Assembly: GCA_047718615.1 (NCBI GenBank)
Contig: JBDNRM010000001.1
Coordinates: forward strand, 23,093-87,092
Direction: 5' to 3'
DNA: 64,000 nucleotides
From: Bacillus sp. (in: firmicutes)
Lineage (GTDB): Bacteria > Bacillota > Bacilli > Bacillales > Cytobacillaceae
Both the position numbers and the translations under genes were made by a program. Position 1 is the first letter of the stretch; each line of letters opens with the position of its first letter. Positions 63,677 to 64,000 of the stretch are shown here, piece by piece. The notes under the pieces are model-generated. The model saw only the letters and a list, made by a program, of their open reading frames with translations. It did not search any database and was not told where the DNA came from.

Positions 63677-64000
63677 ATGTTGCTGTTGCGAAAAAGAATT
63701 TGCAGAATTTCCTTCAAGGATAAAACAGGGTAAAAGGAATTTTTGTTCACCGGAATGCTCAAAGATTTATCGTAGGCATTATAATATTCGGAAATTCGCA
63801 ATTGATTATGAAGTAGACAAAAATGGTTGTTTCATTTGTACATCCCACAAACCGGGTAAACGAGGATATCCAAGGATGCATGAAAAACTAATATTTAGAC
63901 ACGTGTATGAGCAGATGTTTGAACCGTTAGAAAAAGGAGATTTGATTAGACATTTGTGTGATAACAAAATGTGTATTAATCCAGAGCATCTCAGAAAAGG
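63663..64000 (+). CDS. HNH homing-endonuclease-like protein (copy 2, 3'-partial)
   Basis: Matches the start of 20406..20981; runs off the window. Confidence 0.8.
   Translation, partial: MVKIKCCCCEKEFAEFPSRIKQGKRNFCSPECSKIYRRHYNIRKFAIDYEVDKNGCFICTSHKPGKRGYPRMHEKLIFRHVYEQMFEPLEKGDLIRHLCDNKMCINPEHLRK

Larger units (their letters stand above)
48661..64000. mobile_element. Second tandem copy of the prophage (partial in this window, equals 5404-20743)
   Basis: Identical ORF translations at a constant offset of 43,257. Confidence 0.95.

Overview
AT-rich Bacillaceae chromosome. Bases 1-5403 are host DNA: yqgU-like, yqgV, yqgX, an HTH regulator, tRNA-Gln, two membrane genes and the 5' part of comGA. 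A 43,257-bp temperate phage (5404-48660) is integrated in the Walker B codons of comGA (core up to TCCTGATATGATTATGGTC). It is followed head-to-tail by a second, apparently identical copy (48661 to the window end) through an attP-like junction. The phage has a tyrosine integrase, a SinR-like repressor, Gam/ERF recombination genes, a DUF4373 initiator plus DnaC-type loader, and a podovirus-type morphogenesis module (TerS/TerL, P22-like portal, scaffold, capsid, adaptor, nozzle, ejection proteins, no tape measure), then holin and amidase. Features the ORF track misses or misreads: (1) a 224-nt ORF-less group I intron in the major capsid gene with a free-standing HNH nuclease next to it; (2) a G_GGT_TTA -1 slippery site that would fuse a start-less lytic transglycosylase domain to an ejection protein; (3) a nozzle gene split in two around a degenerate GDPD fibre gene and a second gene, with an in-frame 10-bp direct repeat; (4) a terminal FtsK/SpoIIIE ATPase + MOBC-like relaxase + VirB2-like pilin operon behind a sigmaE-like promoter, my best candidate for an undescribed system. 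Also present: a GH32 levanase tail spike and a Tad2-like anti-Thoeris gene. All family calls come from motif recognition by eye; no database searches were run.
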